From assembly GCA_964230645.1 (NCBI GenBank), contig CAXRHT010000002.1:1344001-1408000 (forward strand): a stretch of 64,000 bases of DNA, read 5' to 3'. The stretch is from Bdellovibrionales bacterium (GTDB lineage: Bacteria; Bdellovibrionota; Bdellovibrionia; Bdellovibrionales; JAGQZY01). Below the pieces are notes generated by a model that made no database searches, was not told the origin of the DNA, and saw only the letters and a program-made list of their open reading frames with translations. The position numbers and the translations under genes were made by a program. This document shows, in pieces, positions 39,201 through 48,619 of this stretch (position 1 is its first letter; every line of letters starts with the position of its first letter).

Positions 39201-39454
39201 TTTAAATCCTCATCCACCTCATAACTGCCATCTTGTTTCTGCCTAACTGTCGAAAGAAGGGCTGGACTTTCTAAACGAATAAGCACCATGAACATGGGCT
39301 TGCCATCGGGAAAGACTAATTCTTCATCTTTGAACTTGTCGTCAATGATGGGATCGCCGTTGCTGTTCACGGGACCAAGTGTGGCTTGAGAGTCGTCTTT
39401 ACAAGCCGACAATAAAAACGAAAGTAATAACAGAATGAACAGTAATGGTTTCAC
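36254..39454 (-). CDS. S8 subtilase lipoprotein (Vpr-like) with I9-like prodomain and PA domain
   Basis: VVDSGVD, HGTHVAG, GTSMSSPH catalytic triad; PA insert GKVALIDRG..F..K; lipobox LSAC from GTG 39454. Confidence 0.92.
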   Translation of the reverse strand: MKPLLFILLLLSFLLSACKDDSQATLGPVNSNGDPIIDDKFKDEELVFPDGKPMFMVLIRLESPALLSTVRQKQDGSYEVDEDLKDQIATEQMEFEKRLKDLSSEITVLYRYRLVLNAIAIQAPQSLAEEINSLPMSFIEADQSFALPQTFQTRSGPLDATPLATQNSMSFIGATKIHDTLSVPDSQGNLIPVRGQGMKIGVVDSGVDYTHRMLGGSGQVADFEGVDPKSLTPLFPNKKVTGGYDFAGANFNSGSHIYSDRVPVPDPNPIDRSGHGTHVAGTTAGIGDGVNTYDGAAPDAEIYALKVFGDASGGTQDSVVIAALEYAADPNGDLDLSDKLDVVNLSLGGSFGKPHTLYNQAISNLVKGGTVTVAAAGNAGATSSIVGAPSTADDAISVAGSVGNMPHNWQFDAVEFQTANQPKIIVQAIEGAVTEPIASTGPVSGELFYIGLADKELEQKQQELLSGKVALIDRGAVSFGDKIQRAFEAGAIGVVMVNNEPGDPIVMGGETSFPIPGVMISQALGSLIKEDMKAGPATIDFVASEKFKRPELVDILAPFSSQGPRDLDSAIKPEITAPGYNIISARAGSGDKGAMSSGTSMSSPHIAGIAALLLQYRKDLGAKDIKSLMMNTSVLIDDEKQNRYPVSRQGAGRVDAFRAATSPLVLSTPGVSLGKLNVSTLSHIEKELHFFNDSNKTQIVGLNPVNHPNMEFNLSETSFDVRPGEVKTVLLDVTVIPPSEESLEVDAHIEILADGSRLGYIPVLGVLARTTDIQVEELVASSDEQFQVTLSNQGEHDGIALLFNHLGSDSRKDASEDLFASVACDLQSVGYRVLAKQGKKVLQVGVKLFNPLTSWGACDIDLEFDTDGDGTVDREVLAGNPSGFPGLQELELPAFASLVFDGPVLSQIITEYNQEIAKQPDQRPNLSFAPALLSVGGMVGFSHSTVALVEVPIESLNLQKESLKMRVSVSFNGNDVIDRYDYLGEGVGEFEDINMTLETGTFSAIPEMVNVPAGEIVGLTLDKGKGAKRNLVVYYPRNAFTLETEGKGSQGDVVEAKPRPLPVPVP

Positions 39455-39852
39455 AAATCCCCCCAAAAAATGACCACCTAAAAGTGATCGAACCAAAGTC
39501 CCAATAGCCGGCTTGACCGGTTTCCCCTACTGGGCGCTCTAGACAGGCCTCCCCCCAAAGGAGGACCTGAACCCTCCTTTTAGGAAATTGTTTTCAAAAT
39601 ATGAAATGAAAAAAACATATAACCACCATTGCTAAGACTTATAGGATGGTAAAAAATTGTGCAGAACTCAGGTTAAATGAACATTTTTTCGCTCAGATCC
39701 TCTTATTTTTGATCTGAAAGCAAACTCTGTTTCCTGTCATTTTTTTTAAGATTAGTGGGAGTTTGCACATTTTTAGTTCAGAACCCAGATTTTGTTAATT
39801 TTACAGGTGAAGAATTGCTCAAAACCCCACCCTATGGCACATTTTGATCTCC

Positions 39853-39879
39853 TAAAAAATTATCGTAGGTCGCCGAATC
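39853..39879 (+). promoter_or_regulatory. Sigma28-like promoter of the S9 peptidase gene
   Basis: TAAA-N15-GCCGAATC immediately before RBS GAGGAGG. Confidence 0.5.
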
Positions 39880-39891
39880 GAGGAGGATTTC

Positions 39892-41865
39892 GTGAAAAAT
39901 ATCTTAATTGGGCTCATTTTATTCCAATTACTCAACAGTTGTGCCAGTAAACAAAAAACAAACATCGAAATGTCACTAGACGAAAAGGAGCAATCCTATC
40001 TTTCTTTCCCTGAGTATCGTGGCGTCTCACTCTCTCCTTCGGGTAAATACGCGGTTGTTACAACCCATTTCGATAACGAATCATTTATTTCAATTATCGA
40101 CCGAGCCACCAAAAAAATAAAAGGTTCGGTAAAACAAGGGAAGAACTTCCATGTGACAGGCTATATTTGGAAAGGTGATGATCATATTATCATTCAAGCG
40201 CGCTACTCTGAGGGGTATCTAAAGGGAAGCGATACCGCACAACTTCTTTTTTCAGTAAATAGCGAAGGTGAAGATTTTCGACAAATTTATCCAGATAATC
40301 GGAAAGATCTCTCAAAAAACTTCGCGGCGCGAAGTTTGCGAATAATTTCTGATGAAATCTACAAAGATCGTTATTTGTTGATGACAGAAAATCGTTTTGG
40401 AATTCACTCTCATCAGAATCGTCTCAGCCTGATTGACATATATAACGGTAAAATAAAATATCTCGATAAGGTCGATGACATGAAAAACGGCACCTATGCT
40501 GTCGACAATAGTAAAAAAGCACGCCTAGCCGTTGCTCAGGGTAAAAAAGAATCGATCACATTCTATACAAAAAACTTGCAGACAGGAGAATGGCAAAAAG
40601 ACAATTTTTTCTCAACAAAATCTCGCCCCATTCGCATTCTTGGATTCTCTAAAAATAACGATCAGTTCTATTTTTTGGGAGACAATAAAAAAACAATGAG
40701 CTCACTCTACGTGGCCAACATTTCTAAAACTGGAAAGGTTTCAGGTTTGCGTGAAGTTTTCTCCTATCCAAAGGGTGATATATTAAATGTTACCTGGGAC
40801 GAAAAAGCCTCCAAACCACTTTTTGTAGAATACGGTGCGGGTCGCCCCAAGCGTAAATATCTGTCTAACAGTCAGAGAGCCCAGTATCTAAAGCAGCTCT
40901 CTCAATCATTCAAAGACGAATTGGTCTATATGGGAGAGCTTGCTGGCGACGACTACCTTGTGCAAATAAGAAGCGATTACCGCCCAACAACCTTCTATAT
41001 TTTTAATCAGGAAAAGAAAACAGTGGATGAGTTTTTGTCCACAAATGAAAACATCCGAGGCCTTTCCACTGTAAAATCACAGCCTGTAGAATACAAAACA
41101 CGGGACGGACACACAATTTATGGTTTTCTTTTCAAACCCAAACAATGGACAGTAGATACTCCTATGATCATTAACATTCATGGCGGACCCTACGGAGTGC
41201 AAGATCAATGGAGATTCAATGGAGATGTCCAATTTCTTGTCTCTCGCGGTTATTCAGTGATGAATGTCAATTACAGAGGCTCTGGCGGACGTGGCCACAA
41301 ATTCGAAAAACTAGGCTACGGTAAACCGGGCACGACAATGCAGAATGATATTGCTGACGCAGCCATCTGGGCCAGTAAAAACAATGTCGCAAGGAAAGGA
41401 AATGTCTGTCTCTGGGGAGTCAGTTATGGAGCTTACGCCTCAATTATGAGTGTTATGAAGTTTCCGGAACTTTTTAAATGTGGGATTGGCTTTGGCGGAG
41501 TGTATGACTGGCGCACAATTGTCGAACAAGGAGATGCCGCCGGCAACGATTACGCCGAATACTTCTGGAAAAAACGTCTACCTAAAACGGATAAGGAAAA
41601 GTTCAAACACTCTCCTGTTTCATTGGCCAAAGACCTCAAACGGGAAGTTTACATCATGCATGGAAAAGAAGACGTTCGCTGTTCGGTGAAACAGGCTCGC
41701 GCCCTAAAAGAAGAGTTAAAAAAATATAAAAAAGACTTTAAATACCAAGAATTTCCCGACATAGGACACTGGTTTGTTTCAGATCAAGACCAAAAGTATC
41801 AAGCCTATTCAGAAATTTCGAAATTCTTAGATCGAAAACTCAAAAATGAAAAAAATGTGAACTAG
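39892..41865 (+). CDS. S9 family (prolyl oligopeptidase/acylaminoacyl peptidase-like) lipoprotein
   Basis: IHGGP, NYRGS.G.G, GVSYG, HG..D.R, GH; lipobox LNSC. Confidence 0.9.
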   Translation: MKNILIGLILFQLLNSCASKQKTNIEMSLDEKEQSYLSFPEYRGVSLSPSGKYAVVTTHFDNESFISIIDRATKKIKGSVKQGKNFHVTGYIWKGDDHIIIQARYSEGYLKGSDTAQLLFSVNSEGEDFRQIYPDNRKDLSKNFAARSLRIISDEIYKDRYLLMTENRFGIHSHQNRLSLIDIYNGKIKYLDKVDDMKNGTYAVDNSKKARLAVAQGKKESITFYTKNLQTGEWQKDNFFSTKSRPIRILGFSKNNDQFYFLGDNKKTMSSLYVANISKTGKVSGLREVFSYPKGDILNVTWDEKASKPLFVEYGAGRPKRKYLSNSQRAQYLKQLSQSFKDELVYMGELAGDDYLVQIRSDYRPTTFYIFNQEKKTVDEFLSTNENIRGLSTVKSQPVEYKTRDGHTIYGFLFKPKQWTVDTPMIINIHGGPYGVQDQWRFNGDVQFLVSRGYSVMNVNYRGSGGRGHKFEKLGYGKPGTTMQNDIADAAIWASKNNVARKGNVCLWGVSYGAYASIMSVMKFPELFKCGIGFGGVYDWRTIVEQGDAAGNDYAEYFWKKRLPKTDKEKFKHSPVSLAKDLKREVYIMHGKEDVRCSVKQARALKEELKKYKKDFKYQEFPDIGHWFVSDQDQKYQAYSEISKFLDRKLKNEKNVN

Positions 41866-41891
41866 TTCAAACATTGTACAGCTACTATTGC

Positions 41892-41921
41892 GAAGACCTC
41901 TTTTGATGAGGTCTTTTTTTT
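41892..41921 (+). terminator. Rho-independent terminator
   Basis: AAGACCTC / GAGGTCTT stem followed by a T run. Confidence 0.75.
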
Positions 41922-41952
41922 GCCCCCACTCGAGTAGCGAAGGTTTAGAAAA

Positions 41953-42696
41953 CTAGAGTGTAATAAATTGATGACCCTGATCATCGATCAATAAGGCTTG
42001 GGGCTCATCAAACCAACTCCCTAAATTGATTGCGGTCACCTCCTCACCCTCGGCATCAATCTTCTGAACATCACGATGGTGGGTATGGCCGGCTACGAAA
42101 TAATCAAAGGGAGCTTGCGGATAGACATCTTTTACATATTGATTCATGTATTTTCGAACTTGATGTTCATGAATTGATTTTTGGTGAGAGGTGTAATGGC
42201 GACTGGCCTGGCTAGCGCGCTCGCCAATCCAACTCACCAATGCTCCCGGAATGTTGTGAGCAAAAACTTTTACCGGTTTTGATGCGAGGACTGACTTTAA
42301 AAACAGATAACCTTTATCATCGGGATTCATTAAATCGCCGTGCTCAACGCGCACTTTGTAGGAGCCTAAGTTAAAAAACTCAGGTCCTTCATGGACCTTA
42401 ACCCCAACGTCCTGTTGCCAATACTTTTTTAAATATAGGTCGTGATTGCCTTCAAAGTAGTGAACTTCGATCCCTTTTTTCACAACCACACCTATAGCAT
42501 TCACGATTTTAGGGAACTTTTCAATAAAATAGGAATGATTGTGAATCCACAGATCAAAGATGTCCCCCACTAAAAAAAGGTGACTCGCCTGTCTTTGACC
42601 AATCTCGAGAGAATGCAAAAAGAGCAATAACTTTTCGCTATTGCTCTCTTGCTCGTTTTTTAAATGTATATCTGAAATAAACCAGGCTTTAATCAT
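41953..42696 (-). CDS. lpxH: UDP-2,3-diacylglucosamine hydrolase (metallophosphoesterase)
   Basis: FISDIHL, VGDIFDLW, GNHD, HGD, GHTH, NLG.W. Confidence 0.85.
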   Translation of the reverse strand: MIKAWFISDIHLKNEQESNSEKLLLFLHSLEIGQRQASHLFLVGDIFDLWIHNHSYFIEKFPKIVNAIGVVVKKGIEVHYFEGNHDLYLKKYWQQDVGVKVHEGPEFFNLGSYKVRVEHGDLMNPDDKGYLFLKSVLASKPVKVFAHNIPGALVSWIGERASQASRHYTSHQKSIHEHQVRKYMNQYVKDVYPQAPFDYFVAGHTHHRDVQKIDAEGEEVTAINLGSWFDEPQALLIDDQGHQFITL

Positions 42697-42703
42697 TCAT
42701 TGA

Positions 42704-44299
42704 TTAATTGTTATCGCTGTCTTCAGCTTGCGAGGACTTTTGACGACGAAGATAGGTTGGTACTTCTAAATCGTTTTTATTCAGAGGCATATCAACGTTC
42801 TCCTCGGCTCCCTCCTCGTTTTCCACTTCCATGGAAAGCTGTTCCGGGTTTGCCTGCCTTGCATTTTGAGCGGTTTGCTCTTTGTAAGCGCGGGCCTTGG
42901 CCATTAAAATATCACGTGGCAAAGGTTTCTTCTCCTCAGCCGGCTGAGGCGGAGAAAAAACTTGCTCGGTGGCTGGAGATTGATCCGCTCTTTGATGATC
43001 ACGAGCCTCATAGGATTCTTCTCTCGGTCTTTCCACCTGAGGTTGAGAGCTCTGAGTCTCATGGTTGGGTTGCTGAGGAGGAATCGGAGGTAACTCACGC
43101 TCCATCGGCTGCTGCTGTTGTGGCTGCTGGGGCTGTTGAGAAAAATTCTGCGACTCTGAAGGATGCGGTTGATTCGGCATCGGAGCCTGTGGCTGCTGAT
43201 GTTGGCCCGACATCCCTTGGTTTTGTTGATAATTATGATTTTGTCCGCTTCCAGACATGGCTTGCCTAGCAACCTGCATTTGCTGTTGCATGATTTGCAT
43301 TTGCTCATGACTGCTTGGCCTTGTACTTGGATTGGCCATCAGATTTTGATTGAAGCCTGTGGCAATTACGGTCACCCGAACCGCTTCTCCCATATTTTCA
43401 TCAATGACCGCTCCGAAAATAATTTCAGCATCCTCGTGGGCGGCTTCTGTAATCAGGGTTGAAGCCTCATTGACTTCATAGAGACTTAGTCCCGTGCCTC
43501 CAGTCACGTTTATAATAATTCCAGTCGCCCCTTCAATAGATATGTTTTCCAGCAGAGGTGAGGAAATACTGGCCGTGGCCGCTTCGATGGATCGGTTGTC
43601 ACCGTCAGCAGAAGCGGTACCCATGATGGCCATACCTTGAGCGGACATGACGGTTCTGATATCAGCAAAGTCCAGGTTAATCAGACCGCGAATATTGATT
43701 AAGTCTGAAATTCCTTTGACCGCCTGAAGTAAAACTTCATCCGCTTTCTTGAAAGTTTCAAGAAGAGGTGTTTTTTCTCCGGAAATAGACAGAAGTTTTT
43801 GGTTAGGAATAACAATAAGTGTATCGACATTTTCTTGTAACTCTTGGATTCCAGCATGCGCATGACGCATTCTCTTTTTTCCCTCAAAGGAAAAAGGCTT
43901 GGTAACCACACCAATCGTTAGAGCTCCTAACTCCTTGGCAATTTTTGCTACGATTGGAGCTCCACCGGTTCCTGTTCCCCCACCCATTCCGGCAGTAACA
44001 AAAACCATATCGGCGCCCTCTAAGGACTCAACGATTTCATTGTATGACTCGATGGCGGCTCTTTTACCAATTTCGGGATTGGCTCCAGCACCAAGCCCCT
44101 TGGTGAGTTCACGACCCACTTGGATTTTTTTAGTGGCCTTATGAGGACCGAGGGCCTGTTGATCCGTATTAGCGACAATAAACTCGACACCGGATAATCC
44201 TCCCTCGATCATCGTAGAAACAGCGTTATTACCACCGCCTCCGATGCCGACTACTTTAATATTGGCTCCGATATCTGTTTTTTCTTCTAATTCAAACAT
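42704..44299 (-). CDS. ftsZ: Cell division protein FtsZ with long Q/P-rich linker
   Basis: GGGTGTG, INLDFAD, C-terminal peptide [11 protein letters not shown]. Confidence 0.98.
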   Translation of the reverse strand: MFELEEKTDIGANIKVVGIGGGGNNAVSTMIEGGLSGVEFIVANTDQQALGPHKATKKIQVGRELTKGLGAGANPEIGKRAAIESYNEIVESLEGADMVFVTAGMGGGTGTGGAPIVAKIAKELGALTIGVVTKPFSFEGKKRMRHAHAGIQELQENVDTLIVIPNQKLLSISGEKTPLLETFKKADEVLLQAVKGISDLINIRGLINLDFADIRTVMSAQGMAIMGTASADGDNRSIEAATASISSPLLENISIEGATGIIINVTGGTGLSLYEVNEASTLITEAAHEDAEIIFGAVIDENMGEAVRVTVIATGFNQNLMANPSTRPSSHEQMQIMQQQMQVARQAMSGSGQNHNYQQNQGMSGQHQQPQAPMPNQPHPSESQNFSQQPQQPQQQQPMERELPPIPPQQPNHETQSSQPQVERPREESYEARDHQRADQSPATEQVFSPPQPAEEKKPLPRDILMAKARAYKEQTAQNARQANPEQLSMEVENEEGAEENVDMPLNKNDLEVPTYLRRQKSSQAEDSDNN

Positions 44300-44312
44300 C
44301 TATATCGCCAGA

Positions 44313-45563
44313 TTATATGGACAGGTTTTTACTCATAATGTTTTTAACCTGCTCCCATGTTCCACTCGTTTTTTTCGACATAATATTAGTTTTTCGTTTC
44401 ACACCCGCATTGGCTCCAAACTCTTGGTCACAACCGAAGAGCAAAGTTCCAATGGCCGTTGAAAAAATGGGACTATTATAGGCCTCTCTCATCCCCACCA
44501 CATTGCGAGGAACTCCTCGCCGTACGGGAACATCAAAAGTAAATTCCGCCAATTCAACCAGTCCCTGGAGAAGACTTCCCCCTCCGGTCAAAATGACTCC
44601 AGCTCCAAGGGACTTCAACACATCCCACTCGCTGAGCTGATTAAAAATTAATGACAGTGTTTCTTCGGCTCTGGCTTCAAGGATTCGGCTCAATTCCACT
44701 CTTGGAATTTGAGTCGATTTTCTTTCACCAAGACCCACGACGTCGATAAGCTCGTCTTCACCAACCATATCCACTAAAGCCGTTCCATATTTCTTTTTAA
44801 CAACTTCCGCACTATTAATAGGAGTTTTAAGTCCAACAGCCACATCTTGAGTAAAGTTTAGACCACCCACCGGAATACTCCCGACATGTGTAATGCAAGA
44901 GTCTTTGTACACAACGATCTCGCAAGTTCCCCCACCCATTTCAACAACGGCCACTCCGATTTCTTTTTCATCTTCTTGAACAGTCGCTAGTGTTGAAGCG
45001 TATTGGTCAAGAACCACTTGTTTGACCCGCAGACCTGATTTTTGTACACAAGTTAAGAAGTTGCTCAGGCATTTTTCTGAAATGGTTATGAGTTGTGCAT
45101 CCACTTCCAGGCGAACACCCTTCATTTGAATGGGCGTATCAATCCCCTCTTGGCCATCGACTGTAAAAGACTGGGCCAAGGCGTGAAGGATGCGACTCTC
45201 TTCGGGTAGATGAACCGCCTTTGCTACCTCAAGAACGGAATCAATGTCTGACTTTTGGATTTCTTTTCCGCTCACAGGCACAAGACCACGGGAAGGAATG
45301 GCTTTAACACCTTGCCCACCTACTGATAGGTAAACAGAGTGCAATTTCACACCCGCCATTAATTCCGCCTCTTCTTTGGCTTCCAAAATGGCTTTTTCAG
45401 TTTCGGCCATGTTGACGATTTGTCCTTGGCGGACGCCGGTGTTTTCCGTTTTACCCACACCGATCACTTCCACCTCGCCTTGAGCATAGGTGGCGATTGC
45501 CATCACGACTTTAGTTGATCCGATGTCAAGAGCTGCTATAACTTGGTTTCGATTTTCTCTCAT
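44313..45563 (-). CDS. ftsA: Cell division protein FtsA
   Basis: ALDIGSTKV, GVRLEV, EMGGGT, ILEARAEE, LTGGGS; upstream of ftsZ. Confidence 0.95.
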   Translation of the reverse strand: MRENRNQVIAALDIGSTKVVMAIATYAQGEVEVIGVGKTENTGVRQGQIVNMAETEKAILEAKEEAELMAGVKLHSVYLSVGGQGVKAIPSRGLVPVSGKEIQKSDIDSVLEVAKAVHLPEESRILHALAQSFTVDGQEGIDTPIQMKGVRLEVDAQLITISEKCLSNFLTCVQKSGLRVKQVVLDQYASTLATVQEDEKEIGVAVVEMGGGTCEIVVYKDSCITHVGSIPVGGLNFTQDVAVGLKTPINSAEVVKKKYGTALVDMVGEDELIDVVGLGERKSTQIPRVELSRILEARAEETLSLIFNQLSEWDVLKSLGAGVILTGGGSLLQGLVELAEFTFDVPVRRGVPRNVVGMREAYNSPIFSTAIGTLLFGCDQEFGANAGVKRKTNIMSKKTSGTWEQVKNIMSKNLSI

Positions 45564-45628
45564 CAACTCAACCTTTGTTGAACAAAATAAAACGGACTGG
45601 ACTGTCAAATAGTCCTATACTTAAGAGC

Positions 45629-46378
45629 TTAGGAACGCTTACGCAGTCTGACAAGGACTTTTTTTGAGAAGCTTGCATCAATGACGCGCGCCTTTTGCTT
45701 TTGACTTTTTAGATAGTCAATCACGCGCAAAACTTGCAAGGCTTTGGTCTGGATACTTTCGGTACCCAAGTAAACAACAACGTCTTCTTCGATCAATTCA
45801 AAACTCAGTCCACTCACAGAATTCATATCCACTTGTAGGATATTTTCCTTTGCTAGAGGGCCAATGCCGGGAACTTCCGAAAAAAGTTTTAAGAGCCTTT
45901 TCATTTTTTTGGGCTCATCTAAAATATTATTGTTACGTAACAAGGGAACGGCTGGCGCTAGGCTTGCTTTTAACTTAGGCAACCTGTCGCCGTTATCTAA
46001 AATAGGGAAAATATTATTCTTTTTATCAACAAAAAGAAGCGCAGGCTCATGCAAATGAATAATGGTGTCTATTTTATCTGGAAAACGTCTTCTCATCTCA
46101 ACCGACTTCACCCATTTGTTAGATAAAATCTTTTGCTGGCTCTCAGAAAGGGAGGCTTGCCAAATATTGGTGCCTTTCATTGCTAAAATGGGTTGATTAA
46201 GTTCATTTTTCAAAGACTTTAAAAGGGCTTTCTGCTTAGGGCTTGCCTTAACGTGGATCGGTACAGATTTCACCACAAAAAAATCTTTCTCCGTTCTCAA
46301 ATACCACCCCACCATAAGAACCAGTCCTAAAGGGAGAAATATTAAAAGAGAATTTTTTAGCCATCTTAGCCATCGCAT
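45629..46378 (-). CDS. ftsQ: Cell division protein FtsQ/DivIB
   Basis: TM helix; POTRA motif WVKSVEMRRRFPDKI; C-terminal IDASF; ftsQAZ order. Confidence 0.8.
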   Translation of the reverse strand: MRWLRWLKNSLLIFLPLGLVLMVGWYLRTEKDFFVVKSVPIHVKASPKQKALLKSLKNELNQPILAMKGTNIWQASLSESQQKILSNKWVKSVEMRRRFPDKIDTIIHLHEPALLFVDKKNNIFPILDNGDRLPKLKASLAPAVPLLRNNNILDEPKKMKRLLKLFSEVPGIGPLAKENILQVDMNSVSGLSFELIEEDVVVYLGTESIQTKALQVLRVIDYLKSQKQKARVIDASFSKKVLVRLRKRS

Positions 46379-46485
46379 AGAGAAATTCTAAAGGTTTTTG
46401 GGTAAGAAGGAAAGCAACTTTGCTTGCAAGCGAGCTATTAGGTTCTTTTTGCATTTCACTAGAGCTTCATAGAGAATAAAATCCT

Positions 46486-47586
46486 ATGGAAAAGCACAAA
46501 GTTCTCTGTATCGATGATGAAACTCATAATTTAGAGGCTCTTGAACGCCTTCTGAGGAAAAAGTATGAGATTGTGACAGCCTCATCGGGCCCCGAAGCCC
46601 TCGAGAAACTTAAAGATCATCGTTTTTCCCTAATTATCAGCGATCAAAAAATGCCAGAGATGACAGGTGTCGAATTCTTTATGGAGGCAAAGAAAAACCA
46701 GCCAGAAGCGATTCGAGTTTTACTCACCGGTTACACAGACCTGGAGTCCGTCATCAATGCCATTAACCAAGGACAAATCTATCGCTACATTACCAAGCCC
46801 TGGGAGCCCGAGGAATTTTTAGGGGTCGTTCACCAAGCGATCGAAGTCCACGAAATGAAGGGAACCATCGCCAGACAGAACGAACAACTCATGAGAGCCA
46901 ATGAGGAGCTAAAAAGCCTTGATCAACTAAAAACGGACTTTATGTTGCTGGTGAATCACGAACTTAAAACTCCTCTCACGGCCATCTTTAGCTTTGTGCA
47001 ACTTCTAGAAGAAGAATCACTGCCCCCTGAACAGAAACTCTACCTTGATAAAATTTCTAAAAACACAAAAAGACTGCAAGAACTCATTAACGACACACTT
47101 TTAATTACTAAAATTAAGACTGACTCCAAGATGAATTCTAAGGATGACATTGACCTCAAACAGTTGGTGCAAGAACAGTGGCAAAATCTTGAAAAGGACT
47201 TTAGTAACCAAAAAATTGCATTGTCTGACTTGAGTGACTCCCCATTCATTCAACATGTGAATCAAAAGTCTATGGAGATCATTTTCAAAAAAATTCTACA
47301 TAATTGCTTCATACACGGCAAACCTGAAACAAAGGTGCATATTCAGTTTGAAGAGACCGATGAGCACTGGAGCTTAACCTGCACAAATGAGCTGACAAAA
47401 GATCTCGAAAAAACCTCTGAAGAGTTGCTTTCGGCTTTTAGCACTGATAAAGACATTCTCAATCACTCGGGAGGGTCGGGACTAGGATTGGCGGTCATAC
47501 AAGCGATCGTCAATTTGTTCGCTGGAAAATTAAAACTTAATACAGCCGACAAAAAGTTTGTAATTTCCATTCGCTTTCCCAAGTAA
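46486..47586 (+). CDS. Cytoplasmic hybrid protein: receiver + histidine kinase
   Basis: IDDE, SDQKMP.MTG, LTGY, YITKPW; H-box NHELKTPL; G2 box GSGLGL. Confidence 0.88.
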   Translation: MEKHKVLCIDDETHNLEALERLLRKKYEIVTASSGPEALEKLKDHRFSLIISDQKMPEMTGVEFFMEAKKNQPEAIRVLLTGYTDLESVINAINQGQIYRYITKPWEPEEFLGVVHQAIEVHEMKGTIARQNEQLMRANEELKSLDQLKTDFMLLVNHELKTPLTAIFSFVQLLEEESLPPEQKLYLDKISKNTKRLQELINDTLLITKIKTDSKMNSKDDIDLKQLVQEQWQNLEKDFSNQKIALSDLSDSPFIQHVNQKSMEIIFKKILHNCFIHGKPETKVHIQFEETDEHWSLTCTNELTKDLEKTSEELLSAFSTDKDILNHSGGSGLGLAVIQAIVNLFAGKLKLNTADKKFVISIRFPK

Positions 47587-47635
47587 TTTTAATTAAAAAT
47601 TATAATATTATTACAGTAGAGGATCGGACTATTTT

Positions 47636-48556
47636 ATGAATGAGTTCATAAAGACGGGAATAAAAAAACTCATCGCAAAACTTGAACATTGGGGACAAAG
47701 TTTCTTTGAGATGCTCCCCAACATTGTTATCGCTCTCATCGCCATTGCCATTTTCGTGTTCATTAGTCGATGGGTTTACAACATCGTTCGAAATATTTTC
47801 CTAAGAACTCATATCAATCGCGGCTTAGCTCTTCTCATTGCCAACTCAAGCCGAATCATTGTGATAGGCTTTGGAATCATCGTCGCTCTTTCGATTGTTG
47901 AGCTTCAAAAGACTGTGTTTTCTTTACTCGCCGGGGTTGGTGTCATTGGCCTCGCTCTCGGTTTTGCGTTTCAGGATTTAGCCTCAAACTTTATATCAGG
48001 AATTATGCTCGCTGTGCGATCTCCTATAAAGCTTGATGACCTGGTGGAAATCAACGGAACACTGGGCTTTGTTCGAGACATCAATCTTAGAGAGACCGTA
48101 ATCCATAACTTTGACGGGCAGGAAATATTTGTACCAAACAAAGATTTTACATCTTCAAAGTTTATAAATTACAGTAGCTTTGGACGTCGAAAAATTCGCA
48201 TCGATGTGGGCATTCACTACGAAAATGATCCGGAAAAAGCCATTCCCATCATTGAGAAGGCCCTCTCCAAGGTAACAGGCTGTCTGGAAGACCCCGCTCC
48301 TGAGGCTTTTGTTGGAGGACTTGGTGATAGCAGCGTTAATCTGTTTGGCTTTATTTGGTATAAATATCCCAGTGATCTCAAGTATTACCGTATTCAGAGT
48401 GATTCGATTATCTATGTAAAAAAGGACCTTGAAAGTGCAGGTTATACGATTCCTTTTCCCATTCGCACTTTGGACGTTTCCTCAGATTTAATTAACGAAT
48501 TTAAAACTGACTCTAATAATTCTGCCCAATCAGAGAAAAAGGGTTCCAGTCATTAA
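47636..48556 (+). CDS. mscS: Small-conductance mechanosensitive channel (MscS family)
   Basis: GLALGFAFQD..SNFISG, VPN, IPFP. Confidence 0.9.
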   Translation: MNEFIKTGIKKLIAKLEHWGQSFFEMLPNIVIALIAIAIFVFISRWVYNIVRNIFLRTHINRGLALLIANSSRIIVIGFGIIVALSIVELQKTVFSLLAGVGVIGLALGFAFQDLASNFISGIMLAVRSPIKLDDLVEINGTLGFVRDINLRETVIHNFDGQEIFVPNKDFTSSKFINYSSFGRRKIRIDVGIHYENDPEKAIPIIEKALSKVTGCLEDPAPEAFVGGLGDSSVNLFGFIWYKYPSDLKYYRIQSDSIIYVKKDLESAGYTIPFPIRTLDVSSDLINEFKTDSNNSAQSEKKGSSH

Positions 48557-48562
48557 AAAATT

Positions 48563-48592
48563 AAAAAGGCCAAACCCTTATGGTTTGGCCTT
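48563..48592 (-). terminator. Terminator between convergent mscS and pfpI
   Basis: AAGGCCAAACC / GGTTTGGCCTT 11-bp stem with a T tract on the minus strand. Confidence 0.75.
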
Positions 48593-48619
48593 CATTGTTT
48601 AATAATATCTTTGATACAC

